From positions 25,572-89,571 of the forward strand of contig CAYLUQ010000005.1 in NCBI GenBank assembly GCA_964386915.1: a stretch of 64,000 nt of DNA. The letters are read 5' to 3'. The notes below the pieces were generated by a model. It had not been told where the DNA came from. It saw nothing but the letters and a program-made list of their open reading frames with translations, and did no database searches. This document shows positions 21,522-29,420 of this stretch, piece after piece. The translations under genes were made by a program, and so were the position numbers. Position 1 is the first letter of the stretch. The number at the start of each line of letters is the position of its first letter. This stretch comes from an uncultured Flavobacteriaceae bacterium. GTDB lineage: Bacteria; Bacteroidota; Bacteroidia; Flavobacteriales; Flavobacteriaceae.

Positions 21522-22997
21522 ATGACAGCAAAATTTTTACAACTATTCGTTCTTTATTTTTTCCTTTTTGGAAATCAAAGTGTCTATGGGCAGCAAAAGA
21601 TACGTTCTTCTTTTCAGTTCCATTCGTCTAACAGCGAGCTAGAAAAGGCCATTAGTTGGGCCAAAGAAAAAGCGCTTTCCTATGCGCATGACAATTCAGA
21701 TCCTGTTGGATATTGGTATGAAGCCGCACTCCCCAACAGAGAAGCTTTTTGCATGCGAGATGTCTGCCATCAGTCTATTGGAGCTGAAGTTTTAGGGCTC
21801 AGCCAACACAACCTCAACATGCTGTTGAAGTTCAGCCAAAACATTAGTGAATCTAAAGACTATGCCTCCTTTTGGGAAATTAATCGCTACAATAAACCAG
21901 CGCCAGTAGATTATGAAAACGATACCGACTTTTGGTACAACCTCCCCGCTAATTTTGATTTGATTTACACTTATAAAAGGCTTTATGATTGGACAGGAAA
22001 CAAAACCTATTTAACGCATCAAGACTTTCAAAATTTCACAGCTTTAAGTTTAGATGAATATGTTGTGCGCTGGGCGTTGAGTAGTCAGCAAATCACCAAG
22101 CGAGATCGAGCCCTCCATGTGCAGCCTGCCCCAACTCGATTTGGAAAAAACAGGGGAATTCCAACCTATAATGAAGGAGGTCGAGGTGAAAGTCTACTAG
22201 GGATTGATATGACAGCTTCCTATATTGCCGCTCTCTCAGCTTCAATAGAATTGCTCAAAGCTGCGGGCAAAACAGCTAAAATTGATTTGCTGGCCCAAAA
22301 AAAATCCGAAGAACTAGCGTTTCTCAATTCCTTTTGGTGGGATGTTGAAAAAGAACAATACAAGTCCATCTATTATAAAGATCAAACTTTCGACTATTTT
22401 AGGGTGGGTAAAGACCAAGCTTATTTACACTATCTCCTCTATTTTGACGTCTTGGATAACCCGCAAAGAATTCAAAAAATTATCCATTGGTATGAACAAA
22501 ATCATACGCAACTTATTGTGGAGTTAAAATCGTATCTCCCCATTTTATTTTATCAAAACAATCTTTCAGATACCGCCACAGAGATGCTCATTGAATTGTG
22601 TAGTGAAAAAAATCTAAGAAGAGCGTATCCTGAAAACAGTTTCACTATTATAGAACACATCACCCGAGGCTTAATGGGTGTTGAAGCAAATGCTCAGGGT
22701 ATAGAAACGCGTTCTAGAATTACTCAAAAAAACGAGTGGGCACATGCAAAGGGCATAACAATCCGTTCTTCTCTAATTGATGTGAAGCACTTTGGCAAAC
22801 ATAAAACACAGTTTAGCAATAGAGGAGCAACCGACTTGTATTGGAAACCAAAATTTGAAGGCCACCATCCATTCATTTGGGTTAACAACCGAAAAATAAA
22901 AGCAATACAACAAATGGAAAATGGCCTTGAGCTCTCTTATACCTTGATATTGGTCCCAAAAAACGAATCGCTCACAGCTGAAGTTAAAGGGGATTAA
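21522..22997 (+). CDS. hypothetical secreted protein (possible six-hairpin glycosidase-like fold; function unknown)
   Basis: 491 aa with signal peptide ..FGNQSVYGQ. Helix-rich W/Y-rich body followed by a beta-rich C-terminus. No family motif recognised. Confidence 0.7.
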   Translation: MTAKFLQLFVLYFFLFGNQSVYGQQKIRSSFQFHSSNSELEKAISWAKEKALSYAHDNSDPVGYWYEAALPNREAFCMRDVCHQSIGAEVLGLSQHNLNMLLKFSQNISESKDYASFWEINRYNKPAPVDYENDTDFWYNLPANFDLIYTYKRLYDWTGNKTYLTHQDFQNFTALSLDEYVVRWALSSQQITKRDRALHVQPAPTRFGKNRGIPTYNEGGRGESLLGIDMTASYIAALSASIELLKAAGKTAKIDLLAQKKSEELAFLNSFWWDVEKEQYKSIYYKDQTFDYFRVGKDQAYLHYLLYFDVLDNPQRIQKIIHWYEQNHTQLIVELKSYLPILFYQNNLSDTATEMLIELCSEKNLRRAYPENSFTIIEHITRGLMGVEANAQGIETRSRITQKNEWAHAKGITIRSSLIDVKHFGKHKTQFSNRGATDLYWKPKFEGHHPFIWVNNRKIKAIQQMENGLELSYTLILVPKNESLTAEVKGD

Positions 22998-23040
22998 GCA
23001 CTCTCTTTTTTAGATAGTCTTAAATAGTGTGTTTTTTGTT

Positions 23041-23048
23041 TACATTTG
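23041..23048 (+). promoter_or_regulatory. candidate -7 box TACATTTG upstream of the PAP2/haloperoxidase-like gene
   Basis: Exact TAnnTTTG match, 40 nt upstream of ATG 23089. Confidence 0.3.
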
Positions 23049-23088
23049 ATTTTTTAAAAATTGATCCTAAACTTAATCGGCATTTCAA

Positions 23089-24552
23089 ATGATGAAGTCT
23101 ACCAATAAAAAGAACGTGGCCCTGCTTCTAGGGGTTTTACTTTTTATTCAATGCAACACCTCTCCAAAATCATTAACTGCTAAAGAAAATCCAACCGGAG
23201 CTGATAATGTGGCCTACTATTGGGCTAAAACAGCTCTAGAGGCCACGGCACGGGATACAGAACGATTTTCTCCTCGTCCTACAATTACCTCACGCTATTT
23301 AGGCCTCATTTTTATTGCTGTTTTTGATGCTTGGTCTGCCTATGATCAAAAAGCGACTCCCGTTTATTTGAAACAAAAGGAAAAACTAAAAGGAGGTTTG
23401 TTGGAAAAAGAAATTGCAATTTCGTATGCAGCCTACCACACCTTAAAAGAATATTATTTCAGCGATTCGCTCTACTACAAAGAGCAAATGCAAAAACTTG
23501 GTCTTGACCCTTCTCTTCGTTCTATGGATCTATCCACCCCCGAAGGCATTGGTTATGCTGCCGCTAAAGCTGTTATTGAGGCTCGAAAAGGTGATGGAGC
23601 AAATCAATATGGAGAAGAAATGGCTGGTGAACAACCCTATTTTGACTATACCCATTATGAACCTGTTAATCCACCCGATCAAAATAATGACATCAACAGA
23701 TGGCAACCCAAATATTTTATTAACGGCAAAGGCGAGCAATATGCACCAGGCTGTTTAACTCCCTATTGGCAAAATGTAAGGCCAATTGCGCTAACAACTG
23801 CTGCTCAATTTCGTTCCCCTCCCCCTCCCTATTATGGTTCTGAACAATTGCAAAAGGAAGTTGAAGAAGTTGTAGCCCTTCAAGCCAATATGACCACAGC
23901 AGAAAAAGGATTGGTAGAATTTATGCGAGATGGACCTAAATCAGTTCAGCAAGCAGGACATTGGTTGGTTTTTGCACAAGAAGTTTCTAAAAGAGACCAG
24001 CACAATTTAGATCAAGATGTAAAAATGTATTTTTTAAATCAGATTACGGCTATGGATGCTTTTATTGCCTCTTGGGATACTAAAATGTTTTATGATTATG
24101 CTCGTCCCTATGCCCTAGTGCATAAATATTTTGAAGGCAAAACCATTCAAGGTTGGGGTGGCTATGAAGTGGGGTGGACCAGTCTTCCCGGAGAGCAATG
24201 GAGACCCTATTCTCCCGCCTTGTTTTTGTGCCCTCCTTTTCCTAGCTATGTTTCTGGACACAGCACCGTGAGTGGCGCCTGTGCTGAAGCTTTAAAATTG
24301 TTTACCCAATCGGATGACTTTGATATTAAAGTGCCCTTCACAGCAGGATCCTATACTGAACCAGAAGACACTTGGCAAGAGATTACCCTGCATTTTCCAA
24401 CCTTTACCGAAGCTGCTGAAATGGCTGGAATATCACGTGTTTTAGGGGGCTATCACATACAAGCTGATAATATTGAAGGACTCAATTTAGGTAGAAAAGT
24501 AGCGCATCAGGCCTACGCCTTTTATCTTGAAAAAATAGGCGAAAAAGAATAA
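23089..24552 (+). CDS. PAP2 superfamily / vanadium-dependent haloperoxidase-like lipoprotein
   Basis: Lipobox LLFIQC. Three PAP2/vHPO motifs in order: K-x6-RP (KMFYDYARP), PSYVSGHS, SRVLGGYHIQAD. Confidence 0.8.
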   Translation: MMKSTNKKNVALLLGVLLFIQCNTSPKSLTAKENPTGADNVAYYWAKTALEATARDTERFSPRPTITSRYLGLIFIAVFDAWSAYDQKATPVYLKQKEKLKGGLLEKEIAISYAAYHTLKEYYFSDSLYYKEQMQKLGLDPSLRSMDLSTPEGIGYAAAKAVIEARKGDGANQYGEEMAGEQPYFDYTHYEPVNPPDQNNDINRWQPKYFINGKGEQYAPGCLTPYWQNVRPIALTTAAQFRSPPPPYYGSEQLQKEVEEVVALQANMTTAEKGLVEFMRDGPKSVQQAGHWLVFAQEVSKRDQHNLDQDVKMYFLNQITAMDAFIASWDTKMFYDYARPYALVHKYFEGKTIQGWGGYEVGWTSLPGEQWRPYSPALFLCPPFPSYVSGHSTVSGACAEALKLFTQSDDFDIKVPFTAGSYTEPEDTWQEITLHFPTFTEAAEMAGISRVLGGYHIQADNIEGLNLGRKVAHQAYAFYLEKIGEKE

Positions 24553-24579
24553 GAAAATAGATTGCTTTAGATTCTATCC

Positions 24580-25191
24580 TTAGTCCATTCTTACTACGAA
24601 AGGGTGTAAACAAGCCTTATGTATACCTCCAAAAATACGATTCACTGCTAATGGAGAAGGGTGTATGGGATGGCAACGTTGGGTGATGCCCATGCTATAA
24701 CAGGGCCAAGCTTGCTGTTTGGCAAGTTGAAAAAGAGCATCTCTGCTTTCCCTCAAATAGGGCAAATGATCTATAAAATTGCCCCAACAAAAAACAATTT
24801 TGGCAACACTTTTATTTTGGGTTAAAAACGAATTGATAAAGTGAAGGTTCTCTCTCATCAACACGCTATTGGGTTTGGTAGGTAAATTTTTGGGTTTGGG
24901 TGTTCGCTGCGGATAAAGTTTAAGCAGAAACCAGCCATCGCAATCATTTTGTAACGCAAGAGCCTTTATGTTTTTAGAAGTGGGGTCTAATTCTTGAGCA
25001 TCGGCAGAACTTGGGTTTAAACCAATCGCTATCAAATTTCGACTTCCGCGTTCCCCCAATAAAAACCGATTGTGAGAATCGCTTTTGGGGTAGCAAACAT
25101 ATCGCTTAGAAAAACTACGAGCGACTTTATTATTTATTGCTTTTGCTTCCACGGCCCGTGATCTAGTTCTCCCTCCGGTTGGTCTTTCCAA
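24580..25191 (-). CDS. DUF1643 domain protein (start uncertain)
   Basis: Core IAIGLNPSSADAQELDPTSKNI resembles the DUF1643 signature (NPS-AD..DPT). Only TTG (25191) or GTG (25152) starts are available, and both overlap the gnd 3' end. Confidence 0.6.
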   Translation of the reverse strand: MERPTGGRTRSRAVEAKAINNKVARSFSKRYVCYPKSDSHNRFLLGERGSRNLIAIGLNPSSADAQELDPTSKNIKALALQNDCDGWFLLKLYPQRTPKPKNLPTKPNSVLMRENLHFINSFLTQNKSVAKIVFCWGNFIDHLPYLRESRDALFQLAKQQAWPCYSMGITQRCHPIHPSPLAVNRIFGGIHKACLHPFVVRMD

Positions 25192-26552
25192 TGCAATCCG
25201 TGAGCTCCAAAATAATCCCGTTGCGCTTGAATTAGATTAGCGCTGCTCTCTTTTTGTATAAGGCCCAAAAAATAGTGCCATGCTGTTGCACTACAAGGCA
25301 TAGGCACTAAGGCAGTCAGCACCCTATTAAAAGCCTTCTCTAGATTTTCACGCTGATTTTGAAACCTTACAGCATATTGGGGTTGAGAAAGGATTTGATC
25401 AGCAGTTTGAAAAGCATCGGTCAATTCTTCCATTAGGGTAGAATTGATGATACAGCCTGCGGTCCACGCGCGCGCAACGTCCGAAAGCGACAACTCCCAA
25501 GAGTAGCTTTGAGCCGCTATGCGGAGTAATTCAAAACCTTGGTGATGGTTTATTAAGCGGCAAAAATCATATACTGCTTTAAGCTGCTCTATGACTTCAT
25601 TTTGGTCTCCATAGACCAATTTATTTACGTTATAAATCCGGCTAAAACTTTCTCGATCACCCTTAAAGGAAGATATGTAACGCGCTTCAAGGGCTGCGCT
25701 AATGAGTGGAACCGCCAACCCTAAGTCTATAGCAGCTTGGGTTGCCCATTTTCCGGTGCCTTTATTGGAGGCTTGGTCTAAAATTTGGTCTACTATTGCT
25801 CCTGCTGTATTGTTTTCTCTTAAAATAGAAGCTGATATTTGAAGTAAATAGCTTTTTGAAGAAGTCTTTTCCCAAACTTCAAAAACACTCCCTATAGCTG
25901 ATGCAGATAGACCCAAAGCAGATCGCATAAAATCATAGCATTCTGCTAACAGTTGCATTTCAGCATATTCAATACCATTGTGCACCATTTTAATAAAGTG
26001 CCCAGAGCCTGGTCCAACTGTAGAAACAAAACAGGCTTGACCCTTGCTGTTTTGTGCAGCAATTTTTGCAAGGTCTGCCTCAATTTTTGCCAAGGCTTTT
26101 GAGCTTCCGCTACCCATGAGTGAAGGACCTAAAAGTGCTCCTTCTTCTCCACCAGACACCCCTAGACTCACCAAATGAATTCCCTTTTCAGCACATAAAG
26201 CTGTGCGCTTAATCGATGCTAGATAATGTGAATTTCCCCCGTCAATCACTATATCATCAGCTTCAAGATGAGGCAATAGGACTTCTAAAAAAGAATCTAA
26301 TCCCCCTGCCGCAATCATAAGCATGATTTTTCTGGGGCGTGAAAGGGCATTCACAAAAGGAGCAAGTGCTTCAAAAGGAAAGGCGTTTTTCAACTCTTCA
26401 AATTGCACCACACGATTATGGGCCAACTGTTCTTCTTGCCCTTTTAGAAAGCGATTATAGAGGGCTAGCTGATAGCCTTGACGTGCAAAATTACGACTTA
26501 GGGCTGTGCCCATCACACCCATTCCAACTATACCCCAATCAGCTTTTGACAT
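25134..26552 (-). CDS. gnd: 6-phosphogluconate dehydrogenase (decarboxylating)
   Basis: GIVGMGVMGTALSRN, GSGHFIKMVHNGIEYAEMQ, NKGTGKW, RDYFGAHG; 472 aa. Confidence 0.93.
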   Translation of the reverse strand: MSKADWGIVGMGVMGTALSRNFARQGYQLALYNRFLKGQEEQLAHNRVVQFEELKNAFPFEALAPFVNALSRPRKIMLMIAAGGLDSFLEVLLPHLEADDIVIDGGNSHYLASIKRTALCAEKGIHLVSLGVSGGEEGALLGPSLMGSGSSKALAKIEADLAKIAAQNSKGQACFVSTVGPGSGHFIKMVHNGIEYAEMQLLAECYDFMRSALGLSASAIGSVFEVWEKTSSKSYLLQISASILRENNTAGAIVDQILDQASNKGTGKWATQAAIDLGLAVPLISAALEARYISSFKGDRESFSRIYNVNKLVYGDQNEVIEQLKAVYDFCRLINHHQGFELLRIAAQSYSWELSLSDVARAWTAGCIINSTLMEELTDAFQTADQILSQPQYAVRFQNQRENLEKAFNRVLTALVPMPCSATAWHYFLGLIQKESSANLIQAQRDYFGAHGLHWKDQPEGELDHGPWKQKQ

Positions 26553-27039
26553 ATGCTAATGTTTTTACTATTTCTTCTACTATGGATGTTGGTGTTTGCG
26601 CTATCGAAATGGCTGTTAAGGAACTCGTTTCTTCCAAAAGATCCATTTGACTTTGCAATAGGGAGCTTGGCATAAAATGCCCTTTTCGTGCCTGAAGACG
26701 TTCTAAAATAAGCGCATGTGAACCCTTCAAATAAATCCAATGAATCCTTTCGGGAGGTAAAAGTTCAGCGAGTATGTTCCGGTAAGAAATCTTAAGGGCA
26801 GAACAGGATACTACACAACCCGTGCTTAGTTTTTCTTTTACTGCAGCATTTATTTTTTGAAGCCAAGGCTTTCGATCGGCATCATTTAAGGCCTGACCTG
26901 AAGCCATTTTAGCTATATTTTTTTGAGGATGAAAGCTATCTCCTTCCAAAAAAGGAAGTTGCAATTCATGTGCTAAGGCTTTTCCGATAGTGGTTTTACC
27001 ACAACCGCTCACACCCATCATAAAAATTATATTGCCCAT
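26539..27039 (-). CDS. gntK: gluconokinase
   Basis: P-loop MGVSGCGKTTIG and FLEGDSFHP, about 166 aa from ATG 27039. Its 3' end overlaps the gnd start by 14 nt. Confidence 0.85.
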   Translation of the reverse strand: MGNIIFMMGVSGCGKTTIGKALAHELQLPFLEGDSFHPQKNIAKMASGQALNDADRKPWLQKINAAVKEKLSTGCVVSCSALKISYRNILAELLPPERIHWIYLKGSHALILERLQARKGHFMPSSLLQSQMDLLEETSSLTAISIAQTPTSIVEEIVKTLAYVKS

Positions 27040-27107
27040 GGGGCAAAGATAAGCATTTGAATGAGGGTTAGAAATGCGATTCAAATCAAAAGAAATGATT
27101 ACTTTGG

Positions 27108-27980
27108 GTGTCCATAAAAACAGCTGTCATGACAATAATTAACAACACAACTTTAAAGAGCTATTTTGGCATTTTCGCTCTTGTCTTTAGTTTACAATCT
27201 TATGAAATTCAGGCGCAAGAGGATATCGGCATACAACTCTATAGCTTACGAAATCAGTTGAAACAAGATCCCGATCACGCGCTACAATTAATTCATCAAT
27301 GGGGAATTAAAAATATTGAAGGGGGTGATAGCTACGGTTTACCAGAAGAAGAGTTTAGAGGTTTACTAAACAAACACAACCTTAAACCGGTTAGCATTGG
27401 AGCTTCTTATGAAGAATTGCGAGACCATCCAGAAGCCGTTTTGGCCAAAGCAAAACGCTATCAAGTTCAATTTGTTATGTGTGCCTGGATTCCTCATCCC
27501 GGAAACACTTTTGATCTAGAAATTACACAAGCAGCCGTTGAAACATTTAATAAGGCAGGGGCCATCCTTAAAAAAGAAGGTATCACCTTGGCCTATCATG
27601 CCCATGGCTACGAATTTAGACCGCATGAATATGGCACCTTGTTTGACTATATGGCTAAAAAAGCCACCGACTTTAAATTTGAAATGGATGTTTTCTGGAT
27701 TCAGCACGGTGGAGAAGATCCTTTAAGCTTAATGAATAAATATCCAGATTTTGTAGTGCTCATGCATTTAAAAGACATGGCACACGGGGTGAAGGGCAAC
27801 AACACTGGCAGTGAAGATGTAGAAACCAATGTGGTGCTCGGGCAAGGTCAAGTGGACATAGCTGGAGTGGTTAAAAGAGCTCGAGAATTGGGCGTACGCT
27901 ATATGTTTATTGAAGATGAGTCTTCAAGAGTAGTAGAACAAGTGCCACAAAGTTTATCGTTTTTACAGTCTTTAGAGTAG
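27108..27980 (+). CDS. sugar phosphate isomerase/epimerase (xylose-isomerase-like TIM barrel), exported
   Basis: Signal peptide ..FSLQSYEIQAQ, then IGIQLYSLR, YHAHGYEF, HLKD and FIEDE, typical of the AP_endonuc_2 fold. GTG start at 27108; alternative ATG at 27129. Confidence 0.82.
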   Translation: MSIKTAVMTIINNTTLKSYFGIFALVFSLQSYEIQAQEDIGIQLYSLRNQLKQDPDHALQLIHQWGIKNIEGGDSYGLPEEEFRGLLNKHNLKPVSIGASYEELRDHPEAVLAKAKRYQVQFVMCAWIPHPGNTFDLEITQAAVETFNKAGAILKKEGITLAYHAHGYEFRPHEYGTLFDYMAKKATDFKFEMDVFWIQHGGEDPLSLMNKYPDFVVLMHLKDMAHGVKGNNTGSEDVETNVVLGQGQVDIAGVVKRARELGVRYMFIEDESSRVVEQVPQSLSFLQSLE

Positions 27981-29351
27981 CTCGTTTTTAGGGTGCTCCC
28001 ATCCCTTTCGATAAGAACGAGCCAAAAGCTTTGTAGCCTCCATATCGTTTTCAATATGCCGCTTATTAGGGTTATACTGTAAAGGACGCTTAAGTTGCAA
28101 GGCAAGATTGCCTAAAATGCAACTGGCTGAAGAAATATGGCCTTGTACCAAATTGGCTTTAGGTAGCGTGGAAGCCGAAATAGCCGCTAAAAAATCAAGC
28201 ATATGCATTCGTGTTGCGGGAGCCACATGAAGTTCAATATCTTTTTCGGTTACATCTTCAGGATATTGCTCCCGTTCAAAGACCACGTCTTGGTGAATTG
28301 CTTTTTGATTTTTGTCATAGGGGATAAAATCAAATTGATTGACACTACCGGCCAACATTCCCTTCTCTCCATAAATTTTAAACGCCCAAGGATAGTTAGG
28401 GTCCACAGGATTTCCCCATGTGCGGTGTTGCCACACACAGTTTAATTCCGGATATTCAAACAAAACTGTTTGGGTATCGGTAATATTTGATTTGGCTTCT
28501 TTTTGCACATAAATTCCTCCGGTGGAAGAAACGCGCTTGGGCCAACCTAAATCCAACATCCACCGCACCGTATCAAACATATGCACGCACATATCTCCCA
28601 CTATACCATTGCCATATTCCATAAAAGCGCGCCACCATCCCCGGTGGGGCAATCCGTCATAGGGGCGCAAGGGAGCCGGGCCAGTCCATAAATCATAATT
28701 TAAAAAACTAGGGACCTCCATTAGAGGCGGATTTTTTTGGGAGCGCATATGATAATAACAACACATTTCCACATGCGAAATAGTGCCTAATAATCCAGCA
28801 TCGATAATCTCTTTTTTGGCTTGCATTAAATGGGGTGTACTACGTCGCTGCAAGCCTACTTGCACTACTTTGTTATAGTGTTCAGCAGCAGCCACAAGAG
28901 CTTCACCTTCTAAAACATCTACACTAATGGGCTTCTGCAAATAAACATGGGCTCCGGCTTTCATGGTGGCTATGCCTTGCAAAGCATGCCAATGATCTGG
29001 GGAGCCAATAAGCACAATATCTAATTCTTCTTGTGCCAACATATCTTCATAGTGTTCATAGGTTCTGGCAGGTTTAGGAGCTTGCAAACGCTCTTGAATT
29101 TTGACGGCAGCATCAGCGAGCATTTTAGCATCCACATCACATAGGGCAACAACCTCTATTTGGGTGACTTGAATGAGGCGATATAAATCATTTTTACCAT
29201 ACCACCCACAGCCTATTAAACCTACTCGATAGGGTTTTGTGGGATGAACCAAATCAAAGCCATAAACACCAAATTGCGAAAGCACTAAACTGGCAAAACT
29301 GCCTTTTAAAAAATGACGGCGATTGATATAAAATGTTTTTGGTGTTTTCAT
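27972..29351 (-). CDS. Gfo/Idh/MocA family oxidoreductase, Tat-exported
   Basis: Leader INRRHFLKGSFASL, Rossmann VGLIGCGWYGK, VYLQKP motif. Confidence 0.88.
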   Translation of the reverse strand: MKTPKTFYINRRHFLKGSFASLVLSQFGVYGFDLVHPTKPYRVGLIGCGWYGKNDLYRLIQVTQIEVVALCDVDAKMLADAAVKIQERLQAPKPARTYEHYEDMLAQEELDIVLIGSPDHWHALQGIATMKAGAHVYLQKPISVDVLEGEALVAAAEHYNKVVQVGLQRRSTPHLMQAKKEIIDAGLLGTISHVEMCCYYHMRSQKNPPLMEVPSFLNYDLWTGPAPLRPYDGLPHRGWWRAFMEYGNGIVGDMCVHMFDTVRWMLDLGWPKRVSSTGGIYVQKEAKSNITDTQTVLFEYPELNCVWQHRTWGNPVDPNYPWAFKIYGEKGMLAGSVNQFDFIPYDKNQKAIHQDVVFEREQYPEDVTEKDIELHVAPATRMHMLDFLAAISASTLPKANLVQGHISSASCILGNLALQLKRPLQYNPNKRHIENDMEATKLLARSYRKGWEHPKNELL

Positions 29352-29374
29352 GGTCTTTAATACTTTGTTTAAAT

Positions 29375-29406
29375 GTACTAAAATGAATTCATTTTTATTT
29401 TAGTAC
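29375..29406. repeat. inverted repeat GTACTAAAA-N14-TTTTAGTAC with a TGAATTCA palindrome in the spacer
   Basis: Perfect 9-bp arms in the 69-bp divergent region between the Tat-Gfo gene (ATG 29351) and the GH95 gene (ATG 29421). Confidence 0.6.
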
Positions 29407-29420
29407 CTTCCTAAAACAAA

